Of a stretch of DNA of 64,000 nucleotides, positions 29,807-39,523 are shown one piece after another (position 1 is the first letter of the stretch; each line of letters opens with the position of its first letter). The position numbers were made by a program, and so were the translations under genes. The DNA is from Planctomycetota bacterium. GTDB lineage: Bacteria > Planctomycetota > GCA-002687715. Below the pieces are notes generated by a model that worked only from the letters and a program-made list of their open reading frames with translations, made no database searches and had not been told where the DNA came from. The stretch is taken from the NCBI GenBank assembly GCA_009691765.1, contig SIAO01000007.1, positions 5,348 through 69,347 on the forward strand, given 5' to 3'.

Positions 29807-30310
29807 ATGATGAAACTGACCCTAGGCGTCGCTTTGATGGCGCTCGCCGCCTGTGCCCAAACCGAAACACCGAGAGAGCAACCGTCCCCTGGCGAGATGA
29901 GCCAGCAATTCCGCAGCCTCGAGCAACGCGTACGCCAGTTGGAAGAACGCAACAGTGAAGAGGCGCGGCCTGAGCGCCAGAGCGGCCAACCACAACAGCG
30001 CGGAACCAGCGAGCGCCCGCAACGCGACGAAGTGAAAGCTCGTGGCCAACGCCCACAACGCGACGATGCAGAGCCCAGCGCAAGGCAGCCGCGTCAAGAC
30101 AAAGAGATGAAGCCTGACGGCCAACGCCCACAGCGTGGTGAAGCGAAGCCGCGCGGTGCGCAGCGCCCGCAGAATGAAGACATGAAGCCTCGTGACGAAC
30201 GACGCCCTGAAGGCGAGCAGCCACAAGGTCGGCCAGTCCAGCGCCGCGAACAAGATCGACCGAACGAAGATAAAAACTCCGCTCCGCGCAAAAACCGCCG
30301 CGACGGCTGA
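29807..30310 (+). CDS. Lipoprotein with a highly charged, low-complexity repetitive region.
   Basis: MMKLTLGVALMALAACAQ is a lipobox. The rest is R/Q/E/P/D-rich imperfect repeats (GQRPQRDDAEP..., GQRPQRGEAKP..., KPRDERRPEGEQPQ). Confidence 0.55.
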   Translation: MMKLTLGVALMALAACAQTETPREQPSPGEMSQQFRSLEQRVRQLEERNSEEARPERQSGQPQQRGTSERPQRDEVKARGQRPQRDDAEPSARQPRQDKEMKPDGQRPQRGEAKPRGAQRPQNEDMKPRDERRPEGEQPQGRPVQRREQDRPNEDKNSAPRKNRRDG

Positions 30311-30534
30311 GTATTCCTCCTGCCATGAAGAGCGCTTCGAGGCCCAAAGCCCCGGAGCGCGACTTTTTGGGGAGCGCACTCTCCGCCGAAGTGCTCTCGC
30401 ACATGCGCCCGGATTCCCCTGGCATCGCCGTTGTGCAGCACATGCCTGCCAAGTTCACGACTTCGTTGGCTTGCAACTCCTGCGCAGCAGGGCCTGATCA
30501 AGAACCGTAATCGGCTCCTGTATGATCCGCGCCC

Positions 30535-31809
30535 ATGCAGCAAAAGCGGCGCATCGGACTCACGTCATGGATCTTCATTGGGCTGGCGCTCGGGCTCGCT
30601 TGGGGGTCTGTCATCCACTATGGGCTGGATGCCAACCATGAAGCCATCGAATGGACACGAGTGCTCTCGCGCATGTTCCTCGTGCTCATCAAGATGCTCA
30701 TCGCGCCGTTGCTCTTCGGCACCTTGGTAGGTGGCCTCGCTGGAGCAGGACACGCTCGTGATGTTGGCCGCGTCGGTCTCAAGGCCATTCTCTATTTCGA
30801 AGTGGTGACAACGCTCGCGCTCATCGTGGGTTTGGTCATGGTGAATTGGGTGCGTCCTGGCGACGGCGTGAATCTGCCCGTGGAAAACACCAAGGAAGCT
30901 CTCGAGATCGCCGGCCGCGTGCACGCCATGAGCGCGCAAGATCACATCGTGGCCATCTTCCCCACTTCCATCTTCAAGGCGATGGCCGAGAACAGCATCC
31001 TGCAAGTGGTGGCGTTCTCGCTCGTCTTTGCGTTTGCCGTGGTAGCTGCAGGGAAACGCGCCAAGCCTGTGGTGGATTTCGCAGACGCACTCACCGAAGT
31101 GATGTTCAAGCTGACGGGCTTCGTCATGCTCTTCGCACCGATCGGAGTTGGTGCAGCCATTGCTGTCACGGTTGGAGGCAAGGGGTTAGGCGTCCTTAAA
31201 AACTTGGGCCTCATGGTCGGCACGCTGTATATGGCGCTCGCCGTCTTCGGTGTCTTGGTGTTGCTGCCGATTGCATTCTGGATTCGCTTGCCCTTCCGTC
31301 GTTTCTGGCAGACCATCCGCGAGCCCGCGATGTTGGCCTTCACCACCACGTCTTCCGAGGCAGCCTTGCCCAAGGCGATGCAGAATCTGCAGAAGTTCGG
31401 ATGCCCACGCAGCATCGTAGGACTCGTGCTGCCGCTCGGCTACAGCTTCAATCTCGATGGCACAACGCTCTACCTCTCACTCGCCACCATCTTCGTGGCC
31501 CAAGCTGCCAACGTGGAATTGTCGTGGCAACAACAACTCCTTGTGATGCTGACGCTCATGCTCACATCCAAAGGCGTAGCTGCCGTGCCACGAGCCTCGC
31601 TCGTCGTGCTCTCGGGAACGCTGGTTTCGTTCGGCCTACCTTTGGAAGGTGTGGCTCTCATCCTCGGTGTTGACGAACTGATGGACATGGGACGCACCGC
31701 CACCAACTTGGTCGGTAACTGCTTGGCCACCGCCGCTGTCTCGCGTTGGGAAGGCCACAAGTTGGGCGTGGACGAAGTCGAAACGCAGCCCATCGAAAAC
31801 TCAACATGA
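30535..31809 (+). CDS. Dicarboxylate/amino acid:cation symporter (DAACS family, GltP/DctA-like).
   Basis: 424 aa, 8 TM helices plus re-entrant loops. Family motifs LIAPLLFGTLVGGLAG and MDMGRTATNLVGNCLA. Confidence 0.85.
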   Translation: MQQKRRIGLTSWIFIGLALGLAWGSVIHYGLDANHEAIEWTRVLSRMFLVLIKMLIAPLLFGTLVGGLAGAGHARDVGRVGLKAILYFEVVTTLALIVGLVMVNWVRPGDGVNLPVENTKEALEIAGRVHAMSAQDHIVAIFPTSIFKAMAENSILQVVAFSLVFAFAVVAAGKRAKPVVDFADALTEVMFKLTGFVMLFAPIGVGAAIAVTVGGKGLGVLKNLGLMVGTLYMALAVFGVLVLLPIAFWIRLPFRRFWQTIREPAMLAFTTTSSEAALPKAMQNLQKFGCPRSIVGLVLPLGYSFNLDGTTLYLSLATIFVAQAANVELSWQQQLLVMLTLMLTSKGVAAVPRASLVVLSGTLVSFGLPLEGVALILGVDELMDMGRTATNLVGNCLATAAVSRWEGHKLGVDEVETQPIENST

Positions 31810-33119
31810 AGTCTCCGGGCGTCAAACTGAGCTTGTTGCTGCTGCTCGCCACTGCAAGTGTGGCGCAAACACCATGGTTCACCGTCGTCACTCCGCGCGC
31901 GTTTCTGCCAGCGCTGACCGAATACATCAGCGCTCGACGCTGCGAACGGCCCGTCGAAGTGCTGCTGCTCGAAGATGTGCTCGCACATCACGAAGGAATT
32001 GATGCTGCAGAAACACTCAAGCATCATTTGTTTCGCTCCTATCAGCGCGGCACGCGTTACGTGCTGCTCGTAGGCGATGTCGATGCGTTGCCCGTGCGTT
32101 ACATGGTGCTCGATCGCCAAACTGCAGTGGCTGCAAACACCGCGTTCTATCCATCCGACCTTTATTTCGCTGACATTGTCGATGCCTCGGGGGCTTTTGA
32201 AGATTGGAACTCTGCCAAAGACGGTCACCACGCCGCGTGGTTCGGCGAAGTGCATGGCGAGACCTACAAGGATGGCGCGATCAACGCAGATGGCGTGCAT
32301 TACACGCCGGAACTAGCCGTGGGACGTTGGCCAGCCAGCAACGCTTCAGAAGTGGCCTGCATTGCGAGCAAGACGCTGCGTCACGTGCGTGAGTTGCCGC
32401 AGCAACGCAAGGCTCTGCTGTTGCATGGCGCGGACTGGATCGACATGCGTGCTCGCATGGATGGTTGGGGTCGCACGCTTGATCCGCACTACTCCGCAAC
32501 ACGCATCAACCACGCGCACGGCGAACCCGCTGCAGATGCGGCTGTAGCGCAAGCTCTGCATGCTGGAGTGGATTTTCTCGTCCACGTTGGGCACGGCTCC
32601 CCCGACGGCTACGACCGCATGTTGAGCACTATGACACTCGCCGGATGCACGCCGTTGCGACTACCCGTGCTGCTCTCCGCGGGTTGCAGCACTGCGGCAT
32701 TCGCGGCCATGCCGCCCTACAGTGCCTACACGGACAGCAGCGGATTCCATCACGCGGGCACAAACTTTGGCGAAGTCTTCACGCGCCCTCCGCCTGCGCC
32801 AGCGTGCTTTCAATGCGGGCCAGATGATTGCGACAGTTTCGCGGAGAGTGCCGTCGTGCGCATGCCCAACGGTGCGGTCGCGGCCATCGGTTGCAACACC
32901 GGCGCACAACCGTGCGGCGTCACGTTGGTTGAGGCCTTTGTCGAAGGTGCCGCGCGCCAAGGAACACTCCTCGGCGATTGTTGGCGCGACGCGCTTGCTG
33001 CCTATGTCGATCGTGAACACCTGCACGAACTCAAAGCCGACGCTGGTTGGTATCCACCCAGCATTTTCTTCCAAGGCATGAAGTTCATGCTCTTCGGGGA
33101 CCCAACTCTCAGGCTTTAG
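31806..33119 (+). CDS. Secreted peptidase C25-like (clan CD, gingipain family) protein.
   Basis: ATGA overlap with the transporter stop. Signal peptide MKSPGVKLSLLLLLATASVAQ. YVLLVGDVDALPVRYM, YPSDLYFADI, LAVGRWPASNASEVACIASKTL, VHVGHGSPDGY (catalytic His region) and LLSAGCSTAAF (catalytic Cys region) resemble C25 peptidases. Confidence 0.6.
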   Translation: MKSPGVKLSLLLLLATASVAQTPWFTVVTPRAFLPALTEYISARRCERPVEVLLLEDVLAHHEGIDAAETLKHHLFRSYQRGTRYVLLVGDVDALPVRYMVLDRQTAVAANTAFYPSDLYFADIVDASGAFEDWNSAKDGHHAAWFGEVHGETYKDGAINADGVHYTPELAVGRWPASNASEVACIASKTLRHVRELPQQRKALLLHGADWIDMRARMDGWGRTLDPHYSATRINHAHGEPAADAAVAQALHAGVDFLVHVGHGSPDGYDRMLSTMTLAGCTPLRLPVLLSAGCSTAAFAAMPPYSAYTDSSGFHHAGTNFGEVFTRPPPAPACFQCGPDDCDSFAESAVVRMPNGAVAAIGCNTGAQPCGVTLVEAFVEGAARQGTLLGDCWRDALAAYVDREHLHELKADAGWYPPSIFFQGMKFMLFGDPTLRL

Positions 33120-33936
33120 GTGCGCTGGTGCCCGTAGGCACGCAAAGTTGTCCAGCGCGCAGCGAGGCCGTCGCAACTGCTTTGATCAGCGCGACACGGA
33201 GGCCCCCTTCTTCGAGAGCGATCAAACCATCGATGGTGCAGCCCGCAGGCGTCGTTACTCCGGCTTTGAGCAGCGCAGGATGTTGCCCTGTGCCAAGAAC
33301 CATCGCGCCAGATCCCATCACTGTTTGCGCTGCAAGCAAGGTAGCGATCTGGCGAGGCAGACCCGCTTTCACGCCTCCATCCACCATGGATTCAATCACC
33401 ATGAACACAAACGCAGGCCCACTCGCAGATAGGCCCGTGACTGCATCGAAGTGCTTCTCATCGACGCGAATCGTGCGCCCTACCGCGTTGAACACGCGCT
33501 CGACCAGAACGACGTGTTTCTCGCGAGCATGTTGCCCCGCCGCAACCGCGGTCATGCCGCAACCCACCAGCGCGGGCGTGTTGGGCATGGCGCGCACCAC
33601 AGGAGTGCCTTTCGCGAGCACACCTTCAATAGACGCCGTGCTTATCGCCGCAGCAAGAGAAACCACCAAGACCTTCGCTGGCAGCGTGGCAGCACATTCA
33701 CGCAACACCGGCAGCACTTGCGTAGGCTTTGTGGCCACGATGAGCAAATCGCATCCGCGCACGACAGCCGCGTTGTCTGTTCCGGCTTTCACGCCGAAGT
33801 TCTTCGCAACAGTTTGCGCTGTGGCAGCATGATGCGTCGTGACACTCACCGAACCGCGCTTAGCAATGCCAGCATCGAGAATGCCCTGAAGCACAGCGCG
33901 CCCTAGATGGCCACAGCCAATCATCGCGATTTTCAT
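33109..33936 (-). CDS. proC: Pyrroline-5-carboxylate reductase.
   Basis: MKIAMIGCGHLGRAVLQGIL...VRAMPNTPALVGCGMTAV, the full ProC fold. Its 3' end overlaps the convergent C25 gene by 11 bp. Confidence 0.9.
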   Translation of the reverse strand: MKIAMIGCGHLGRAVLQGILDAGIAKRGSVSVTTHHAATAQTVAKNFGVKAGTDNAAVVRGCDLLIVATKPTQVLPVLRECAATLPAKVLVVSLAAAISTASIEGVLAKGTPVVRAMPNTPALVGCGMTAVAAGQHAREKHVVLVERVFNAVGRTIRVDEKHFDAVTGLSASGPAFVFMVIESMVDGGVKAGLPRQIATLLAAQTVMGSGAMVLGTGQHPALLKAGVTTPAGCTIDGLIALEEGGLRVALIKAVATASLRAGQLCVPTGTSAPKA

Positions 33937-34004
33937 GGGAACCCTTTCGCCTGAACGCAGACACTCACACCGCAGTCATTTGCAACACACGCCCCAAAAC
34001 AATC

Positions 34005-35591
34005 CTAATGATGCACAACTTCTGGCAGCAACAGTTCTGCTGGCGGCACGGGCAAATGAGCACAACGCAACGGATCGAGGCGACGCGCTTCAGCATAGAG
34101 CTGCGCCATCAAGTGCGCAGTAGCGCGCTCAGGATAGGTGTTCCAGTCGTATCCAGCCGACCAGCGGCGCGTTTCGATGTGGATCGCGAGGTGCACATGG
34201 TTGTGATTGAGTTCCATGGAGCGTGCGAGCCGCACAGGGTCGAAATAAAAGCGCTGCACGCCTTCGACAATCAGCTCTTGGATGCGCGAGCGCGGCACTT
34301 GCGAAATCATGCTGTGCTCATCGGAACCGCCGAAATTTTGGTAGCCCAACTGCTCCGGATCCAGCTCGGAGATGTTCACTCCAAACTTCTCCAGCGTGTC
34401 GTACATGGGCGTGCCTTCATAGGGCGTCACCACAAAGAAGTGCGTCATGTGCGCTTTGGAGCGCAGGCTGAAGTCCAACGTCATGCGCATTTCTTCTTCA
34501 GTTTCCGTGGGGAAACCCAACATGTTGAAGATGCAGGTGAAGATGCCGTGCTTGTCAGACAGTTCGATGGTGTTGAACACGCGATCGAGCTTGTTGAACT
34601 TGCGCACCTGCTTTTGCAGGCGAGGAGAAGCCGTTTCCACGGCGAGCGACCAGTGATAAGTCCCGGCTGCTTTCGCAGCCATCACGAACTCTTCATCCAT
34701 CAAGTCTGCGCGCAACCCGTTGGGGAATGCGAAGTTGATCTTCCAGCCGCGCCGCACCACTTCATTGAAAATGCCGATGGCGCGTTCCTTATCCGCATTG
34801 AAGATGTCGTCGATGATGTGGAACTCACGCACGCCACGCACTTCCATCAAGTACTGAATCTCGTCGATGACACTCTGCACGCTGCGGTAGCGCATACGCT
34901 TGCCGAAATTAGTGTGGCAATACGAGCAAGCGTAGTAGCAGCCACGCGACGTGAAGATGGATGTGAAACGCTCGCGCGTCAAAAAGTCCGTCATCGCCAG
35001 ACGCCCTTGGTAGGCATCAAGGTTGATGATGTCGTAATCAGGGATCGGCAGCGCATCGAGATCTTGAATGGCAGGGCGCGCAGGATTGATCACAGCTTTG
35101 CCGTCTTCACCGCGGCGCCCAAGGCCCATCACGCCTTCGATGGAATGACCAGCGAGGACATTCTCGATGACCTCCACCAGCACTTCCTCGCCTTCGTAGG
35201 GAGCGACGTAGTCGATGTCAGCAATCTGATAAAGGCTCGGGCTGTTGGTGGAAGCATGCGGCCCCCCGGCGAGCACCAGCATCGAAGGATCGACTTCTTT
35301 GGCAATGCGCGCAACTACCGGGAACTCGTCCGCTTGGCTACTGAAACCGCGAATGCCCAGAATCGCAGGGCGGAACTCCTCCAGCCAAGTGCGCAGCGCT
35401 GCGTCGGGGTCCTCGTGCTCCGGGAAAGTGGTGCAGTCAAAGAGCTTGAGTTCGATCCGCTCTCCGAACGCCTTCTTGAGCGTGGCGGTCAGATACATGA
35501 TCCCGAGGGGCACCATGATGATGTGGTGCCAGTCGTTAGTCCTCGCCCGGAGGTTGACGAAAGCAATGCGTAGAGGTTTGGGGCTGACCAT
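34005..35591 (-). CDS. B12-binding-domain radical SAM protein (class B radical SAM).
   Basis: N-terminal cobalamin-binding Rossmann-like region (LRIAFVNL...MLVLAGGPHAS). The radical SAM motif SRGCYYACSYC is CxxxCxxC. Confidence 0.9.
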   Translation of the reverse strand: MVSPKPLRIAFVNLRARTNDWHHIIMVPLGIMYLTATLKKAFGERIELKLFDCTTFPEHEDPDAALRTWLEEFRPAILGIRGFSSQADEFPVVARIAKEVDPSMLVLAGGPHASTNSPSLYQIADIDYVAPYEGEEVLVEVIENVLAGHSIEGVMGLGRRGEDGKAVINPARPAIQDLDALPIPDYDIINLDAYQGRLAMTDFLTRERFTSIFTSRGCYYACSYCHTNFGKRMRYRSVQSVIDEIQYLMEVRGVREFHIIDDIFNADKERAIGIFNEVVRRGWKINFAFPNGLRADLMDEEFVMAAKAAGTYHWSLAVETASPRLQKQVRKFNKLDRVFNTIELSDKHGIFTCIFNMLGFPTETEEEMRMTLDFSLRSKAHMTHFFVVTPYEGTPMYDTLEKFGVNISELDPEQLGYQNFGGSDEHSMISQVPRSRIQELIVEGVQRFYFDPVRLARSMELNHNHVHLAIHIETRRWSAGYDWNTYPERATAHLMAQLYAEARRLDPLRCAHLPVPPAELLLPEVVHH

Positions 35592-35772
35592 GGTGTTTGT
35601 AGAGCCCTTGAGGCTCCATTTGATGCTGCGTCAACAGCATAGCCTATGTCGGAGGCGCGGCGCCTCCATCTGTTGCTCCCACGTAAAGAAACCAACCTGA
35701 GCGCGTTTCAAGCCGTGAGGCCAACGGGCATACGGGCGTGAGCTCCTACGGGGCTTCCGCCCGCTGTGTTGA

Positions 35773-35781
35773 TGGCATAAT
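35773..35781 (+). promoter_or_regulatory. Possible extended -10 element (TGgCATAAT) for the M64 peptidase gene.
   Basis: Seen in the 247-bp divergent intergenic region, about 55 bp upstream of the ATG at 35839. Weak call. Confidence 0.2.
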
Positions 35782-35838
35782 GCGCGCGCTTCACCCAAAC
35801 GCCCTGCTCGCCTGCGCTTATATGCTGCTCCGCCACTG

Positions 35839-37413
35839 ATGTTCAAACACCTGGTCATTCTCACTTTGCTGCTGACAAGCGCTCGCGCTCAAGAACCGCC
35901 GCCTCCTACGCAAGAGCTGCCTCCGGGCTTTGAGGTGCCAGAAAGCGCGGCCGACGCCCCAACCAGCGACGCGAGCACCGAGCGGTGGCGCGCGGCACTA
36001 GAGATTCAGCGCAAGGGTCGATGGAGCGCCGCGCAGAAAGCCATGCGTGCTGTGTTGGAGGATTTCCCAACTTCCGTGCACAAGCGATCGCTGGAGCAGC
36101 ACAGCGATGACAACGCGTGGTTGGGACTCGAGTGTTTACACCGCGGCGGGCCCGCAGAGCGGCGCATCGACGTCACCGTCATGGGCGACGGGTTCACCAT
36201 CGACAACGAGGATCAGCAGTTGCAGGAGAAGTGGGCGCGGCTGTGCCTCGATGTGCTCTGCTCAGAAAAGTCGTTTGGCGAATACCGTTCCTATTTCAAT
36301 TTCTGGTTCGTGCGCCTCGCTTCGCTCGAAGAAGGCGTGGACCCCAATCTCTCGCCCGAGGAAAAACGCCGCATCGAAGAGCGCAACAAGGGCCGCTCGC
36401 GCAAGCGCAAAACGGAATTCAGTACTGCGCTCGACTGCAAGGCTGCTGGCCCACAAGGGCAAGTGATGGCCGATCCGCGGCTTGTGCGTTTCTGGATGCG
36501 CGTGGCCGCGAATGAAGAGCCTGCTGTGGATGATGACGGCTACGCCATCGCTTTCGCGCGCTTTGGGGTTCTCGGCATGGGTGGCGGCGGCATCGCCAAT
36601 GTAGGTCGCCCCGATCGCTCGGTCACCGTCCACGAGTTCGGGCACGCCTTCGTCGGCCTGCTCGATGAGTACGCTGTGAATCCGACACTGCCGGTCGGAC
36701 CCATCCGTGCACCGAACGCATCGCGCGAAAGCGATCCGGCAAAAGTGCCTTGGGCCCATTTCCTTGTGAAGAAGATTGCCAATGTCGGTGTGTTCGAAGG
36801 CGGCGCGACCTACCAGAAGGGTGTGTGGCGGCCTGCACGCACCTGCGCCATGAACTCAGCCGGTCATACAGGCTTTTGCCCAGTATGCCGCGAGGCCGCG
36901 ATCCTGCGCATCTACGGACATGTGAGCCCCATCGACTTAGTCACACCCATGCCGGACATGCTCGTCCGCGCGAAGGTCAGCGACGAAACTATGCTCAGTA
37001 TCACGCCGATGAAACCGCTGAAACATGATCTGAAAGTGACTTGGTACGTCGAACGCCTCGCCGATGACACCGTCATGAAAGAACCGGACGCCACGGCTGC
37101 GCCTGCAAAGATTGGCGACGGCTATGGCCGACGTGGCGAGGCTTTTGCCCGCATCTTCGGACGCATCGGCGGTAAGCGTGGGCGCGAAGATCGCGCTATC
37201 TACGACCTCGAACCCATGGGCGAGGTTTGGAGCTTGCCAGTAAAGAAAAGACTCAGCGCCGATGGACCGTGGTCCAGTCAACTGCCCGTCGGGAAACTCA
37301 AACCCGGGCGCTATTGGATCACAGCCGTGGTCGAAGACACCACGACGGATGTGCTCTTGGATCCGAAGCACTTGTTGCAAGAGCGGGCTTCGTGGCCTGT
37401 CATCGTTCAATGA
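35839..37413 (+). CDS. Secreted M64 family (IgA-peptidase-like) zinc metallopeptidase.
   Basis: Signal peptide MFKHLVILTLLLTSARAQ. IDVTVMGDGFT (M64 N-terminal motif) and HEFGHAFVGLLDEY (HExxH...E). Confidence 0.8.
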   Translation: MFKHLVILTLLLTSARAQEPPPPTQELPPGFEVPESAADAPTSDASTERWRAALEIQRKGRWSAAQKAMRAVLEDFPTSVHKRSLEQHSDDNAWLGLECLHRGGPAERRIDVTVMGDGFTIDNEDQQLQEKWARLCLDVLCSEKSFGEYRSYFNFWFVRLASLEEGVDPNLSPEEKRRIEERNKGRSRKRKTEFSTALDCKAAGPQGQVMADPRLVRFWMRVAANEEPAVDDDGYAIAFARFGVLGMGGGGIANVGRPDRSVTVHEFGHAFVGLLDEYAVNPTLPVGPIRAPNASRESDPAKVPWAHFLVKKIANVGVFEGGATYQKGVWRPARTCAMNSAGHTGFCPVCREAAILRIYGHVSPIDLVTPMPDMLVRAKVSDETMLSITPMKPLKHDLKVTWYVERLADDTVMKEPDATAAPAKIGDGYGRRGEAFARIFGRIGGKRGREDRAIYDLEPMGEVWSLPVKKRLSADGPWSSQLPVGKLKPGRYWITAVVEDTTTDVLLDPKHLLQERASWPVIVQ

Positions 37414-38090
37414 GCAGCAGTCTGCCGCGTCGCGTTGTTGCTGAGTTCCTTGGCACCACACTGCTGCTTTTGGCCATCGTCGGCAGCGGCATCATGGCTG
37501 AGCGACTTTGCGACGCAAACATCGGACTCGCACTCCTTGCCAACGCGCTCGCTACTGCGGGAGCGCTGTTCGCACTCATGAGCGCGTTTGCTCCCTTGAG
37601 TGGCGCACACTTCAACCCAGCGGTCAGCCTCTACGCAGCGCTCCGCCGCGAGCTGCCTCCCACATCGGCACTCAGCTATGCCGCTGCGCAGATCACTGGA
37701 GCCATGGCCGGAGTTCTCCTCGCCCATGCACTCTTCGACCTACCTCTCGTGCAAAGCAGCCAGCATGTGCGTGAGGGTTTTCATTTGGCGCTCTCTGAAG
37801 GCGTGGCGACCTTTGCACTCTTGCTGGTCATCGCGTTGTGCAGCGCACGCGCACCGCAGAGCGTCGCCCTCGCAGTGGCACTCTGGATTCTCGGAGCGTA
37901 CTGGTTCACGTCCAGCACCTCGTTTGCGAATCCTGCTGTCACAGTGGCTCGCGCATGCACCGACACGTTCTGCGGGATTCGACCTGCGGACATGCCAGCA
38001 TTTCTCGTGGCGCAACTCGCAGCGACTCTGTTGGCCACGAGAGTCTTGCCATGGTTGATGGGCCCGCGCAGCACGACCGTAGCGTCATAG
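37410..38090 (+). CDS. MIP family channel (aquaporin/GlpF-like).
   Basis: Two NPA boxes (SGAHFNPAVS and FANPAVTVAR) and six TM segments. The ATG overlaps the M64 stop (ATGA). Confidence 0.85.
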   Translation: MSSSLPRRVVAEFLGTTLLLLAIVGSGIMAERLCDANIGLALLANALATAGALFALMSAFAPLSGAHFNPAVSLYAALRRELPPTSALSYAAAQITGAMAGVLLAHALFDLPLVQSSQHVREGFHLALSEGVATFALLLVIALCSARAPQSVALAVALWILGAYWFTSSTSFANPAVTVARACTDTFCGIRPADMPAFLVAQLAATLLATRVLPWLMGPRSTTVAS

Positions 38091-38100
38091 GGTTCCGTTC

Positions 38101-38751
38101 ATGCGTCCTCCAACGCGCTCTGAGAAACACCTCACGGACAGCGACCCCACCCTCGCGAAAGTGATCCGCTTCGTGCGCGACAACGCCAAAGGCACGCCGG
38201 AACTCTTCCGCCGCGACACGCGCCCAGCGTTAGAAGCACTTTGCAGCGCCATCGTGGCACAGCAACTTTCGTCCAGCGCCGCACGCACCATATTCGCGCG
38301 ATTACGCGCACTCGTGTCCGGTGATTTCACTTCTGAAGCCGTACTCGCCATTCCAGAAACTGCGTTGCGCGCAGCAGGATTGTCCGGTTCCAAAACGCGT
38401 TTCGTGCATGAAATAGCCAGAGCCAACAGCGATGGTCGCTTCGAAGCGCCGCGCCTCTCACGCCTCGACGATGCAAAAGTGCGCGAAGCACTCTGTGCAG
38501 TGAAAGGCATCGGCCCGTGGACCGCCGAGATGTACCTCATCTTCAAACTGCGCCGCCCTGATGTGCTGCCTATCAATGACGGCGGCATTCAACGCGCCAT
38601 TCATCTCGCATACGGTGGCAAACGCCCCACTCCCGCCGCCGTCACACGCCGCGCAGAACCTTGGCGCCCGCATGCCACCACCGCTTGCCTGTTCCTCTGG
38701 AGCGCACTGGACCTCGGCTTCGGCCGCAAACCCCGCACGCCAACAAAGTGA
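38101..38751 (+). CDS. HhH-GPD DNA glycosylase (AlkA / 3-methyladenine DNA glycosylase II-like).
   Basis: KGIGPWTAEMYLIFKLRRPDVLPINDGGIQRA is the helix-hairpin-helix Gly/Pro-rich loop with the catalytic Asp. Confidence 0.8.
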   Translation: MRPPTRSEKHLTDSDPTLAKVIRFVRDNAKGTPELFRRDTRPALEALCSAIVAQQLSSSAARTIFARLRALVSGDFTSEAVLAIPETALRAAGLSGSKTRFVHEIARANSDGRFEAPRLSRLDDAKVREALCAVKGIGPWTAEMYLIFKLRRPDVLPINDGGIQRAIHLAYGGKRPTPAAVTRRAEPWRPHATTACLFLWSALDLGFGRKPRTPTK

Positions 38752-38757
38752 ATCACA

Positions 38758-39414
38758 ATGAAAGAGTTCGACCCATCAGAGTCTTTGGCAGCGCTGCGAC
38801 ATGAGTTTGGAGAACATGGCGGGGTGAACATGTCCATCGAGGCCAGCACGACCTTCACGGTGATGCAGGCGCGGACCATGCCCGAAATTTTCCACGGACA
38901 GCGCGGCCCCGAGCAGGGCGGCTGCTACCTCTATGGGTAGCACTTCAACCCCACGGTCTATGTCCTCGGTCGGCAAATCGCGGCCATCGAAGGAGCCCCG
39001 GCTGGTTACGCCACTTCGAGTGAACTCGGTGCCATCGCAGCGACCATCATGCAATTGTGCAATCACGGCGATCATGTGGTTGCAGATCAAACGCTTTACG
39101 GCGGTACGTTTGCACTGCTCAAAGACTTCTTGCCGCTGAAGGCCGGGATCACTACGACCTTCGTGGATTCACGAAACTTGGAAAGCGTGCGCGCTGCCAT
39201 CACGCCCATGCGCATCAGCCCGTTGCAGCAGGGTGCAGGCATTGTGGTGCACTCGCTGACCAAGTTCATGAATGTTGCGAGCAACATCATCTGAGGCGCT
39301 GTCGTTGGCAGCGCAGGCATCAAACCCGGCCTCGTGCGCATCTCGCTTGGCAACACTGGCTCCGCTGAACAACGTTGGGAACAAATGGAAGCAGCGTTGC
39401 GCACACTGAACTAA
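38758..39414 (+). pseudogene. Decayed methionine gamma-lyase / cystathionine gamma-synthase family (PLP-dependent Cys/Met metabolism) gene.
   Basis: Family-typical fragments lie in consecutive frames. SIEASTTFTV...GCYLYG is followed by an in-frame TAG at 38938-38940 and then HFNPT (the YxRxxNPT motif). After DHVVADQTLYGGTFALL...FVDSRNLESVRAAI comes a large internal deletion, followed by GIVVHSLTKFMN (the PLP-lysine motif), then a premature stop. A frame-shifted C-terminal tail GLVRISLGNTGSAEQRWEQMEAAL follows. Only about 220 of roughly 400 aa remain. Confidence 0.65.
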
Positions 39415-39523
39415 TTTTGCAGTGCAAGGCAACGCATCCAAACGCAACGCATGGATAGACAAGGCGTTGAACACCAGCAGCACGGCGCGCAACTGGGCCA
39501 CGGTCGAAAAGCTCGTTGCCATG

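Noticed and set aside
34008-35573. 521-aa plus-strand ORF.
   Set aside because: It is exactly antisense to the B12-binding radical SAM gene, which has unambiguous CxxxCxxC and cobalamin-binding motifs. The antisense translation has no motifs, so it is a shadow ORF.
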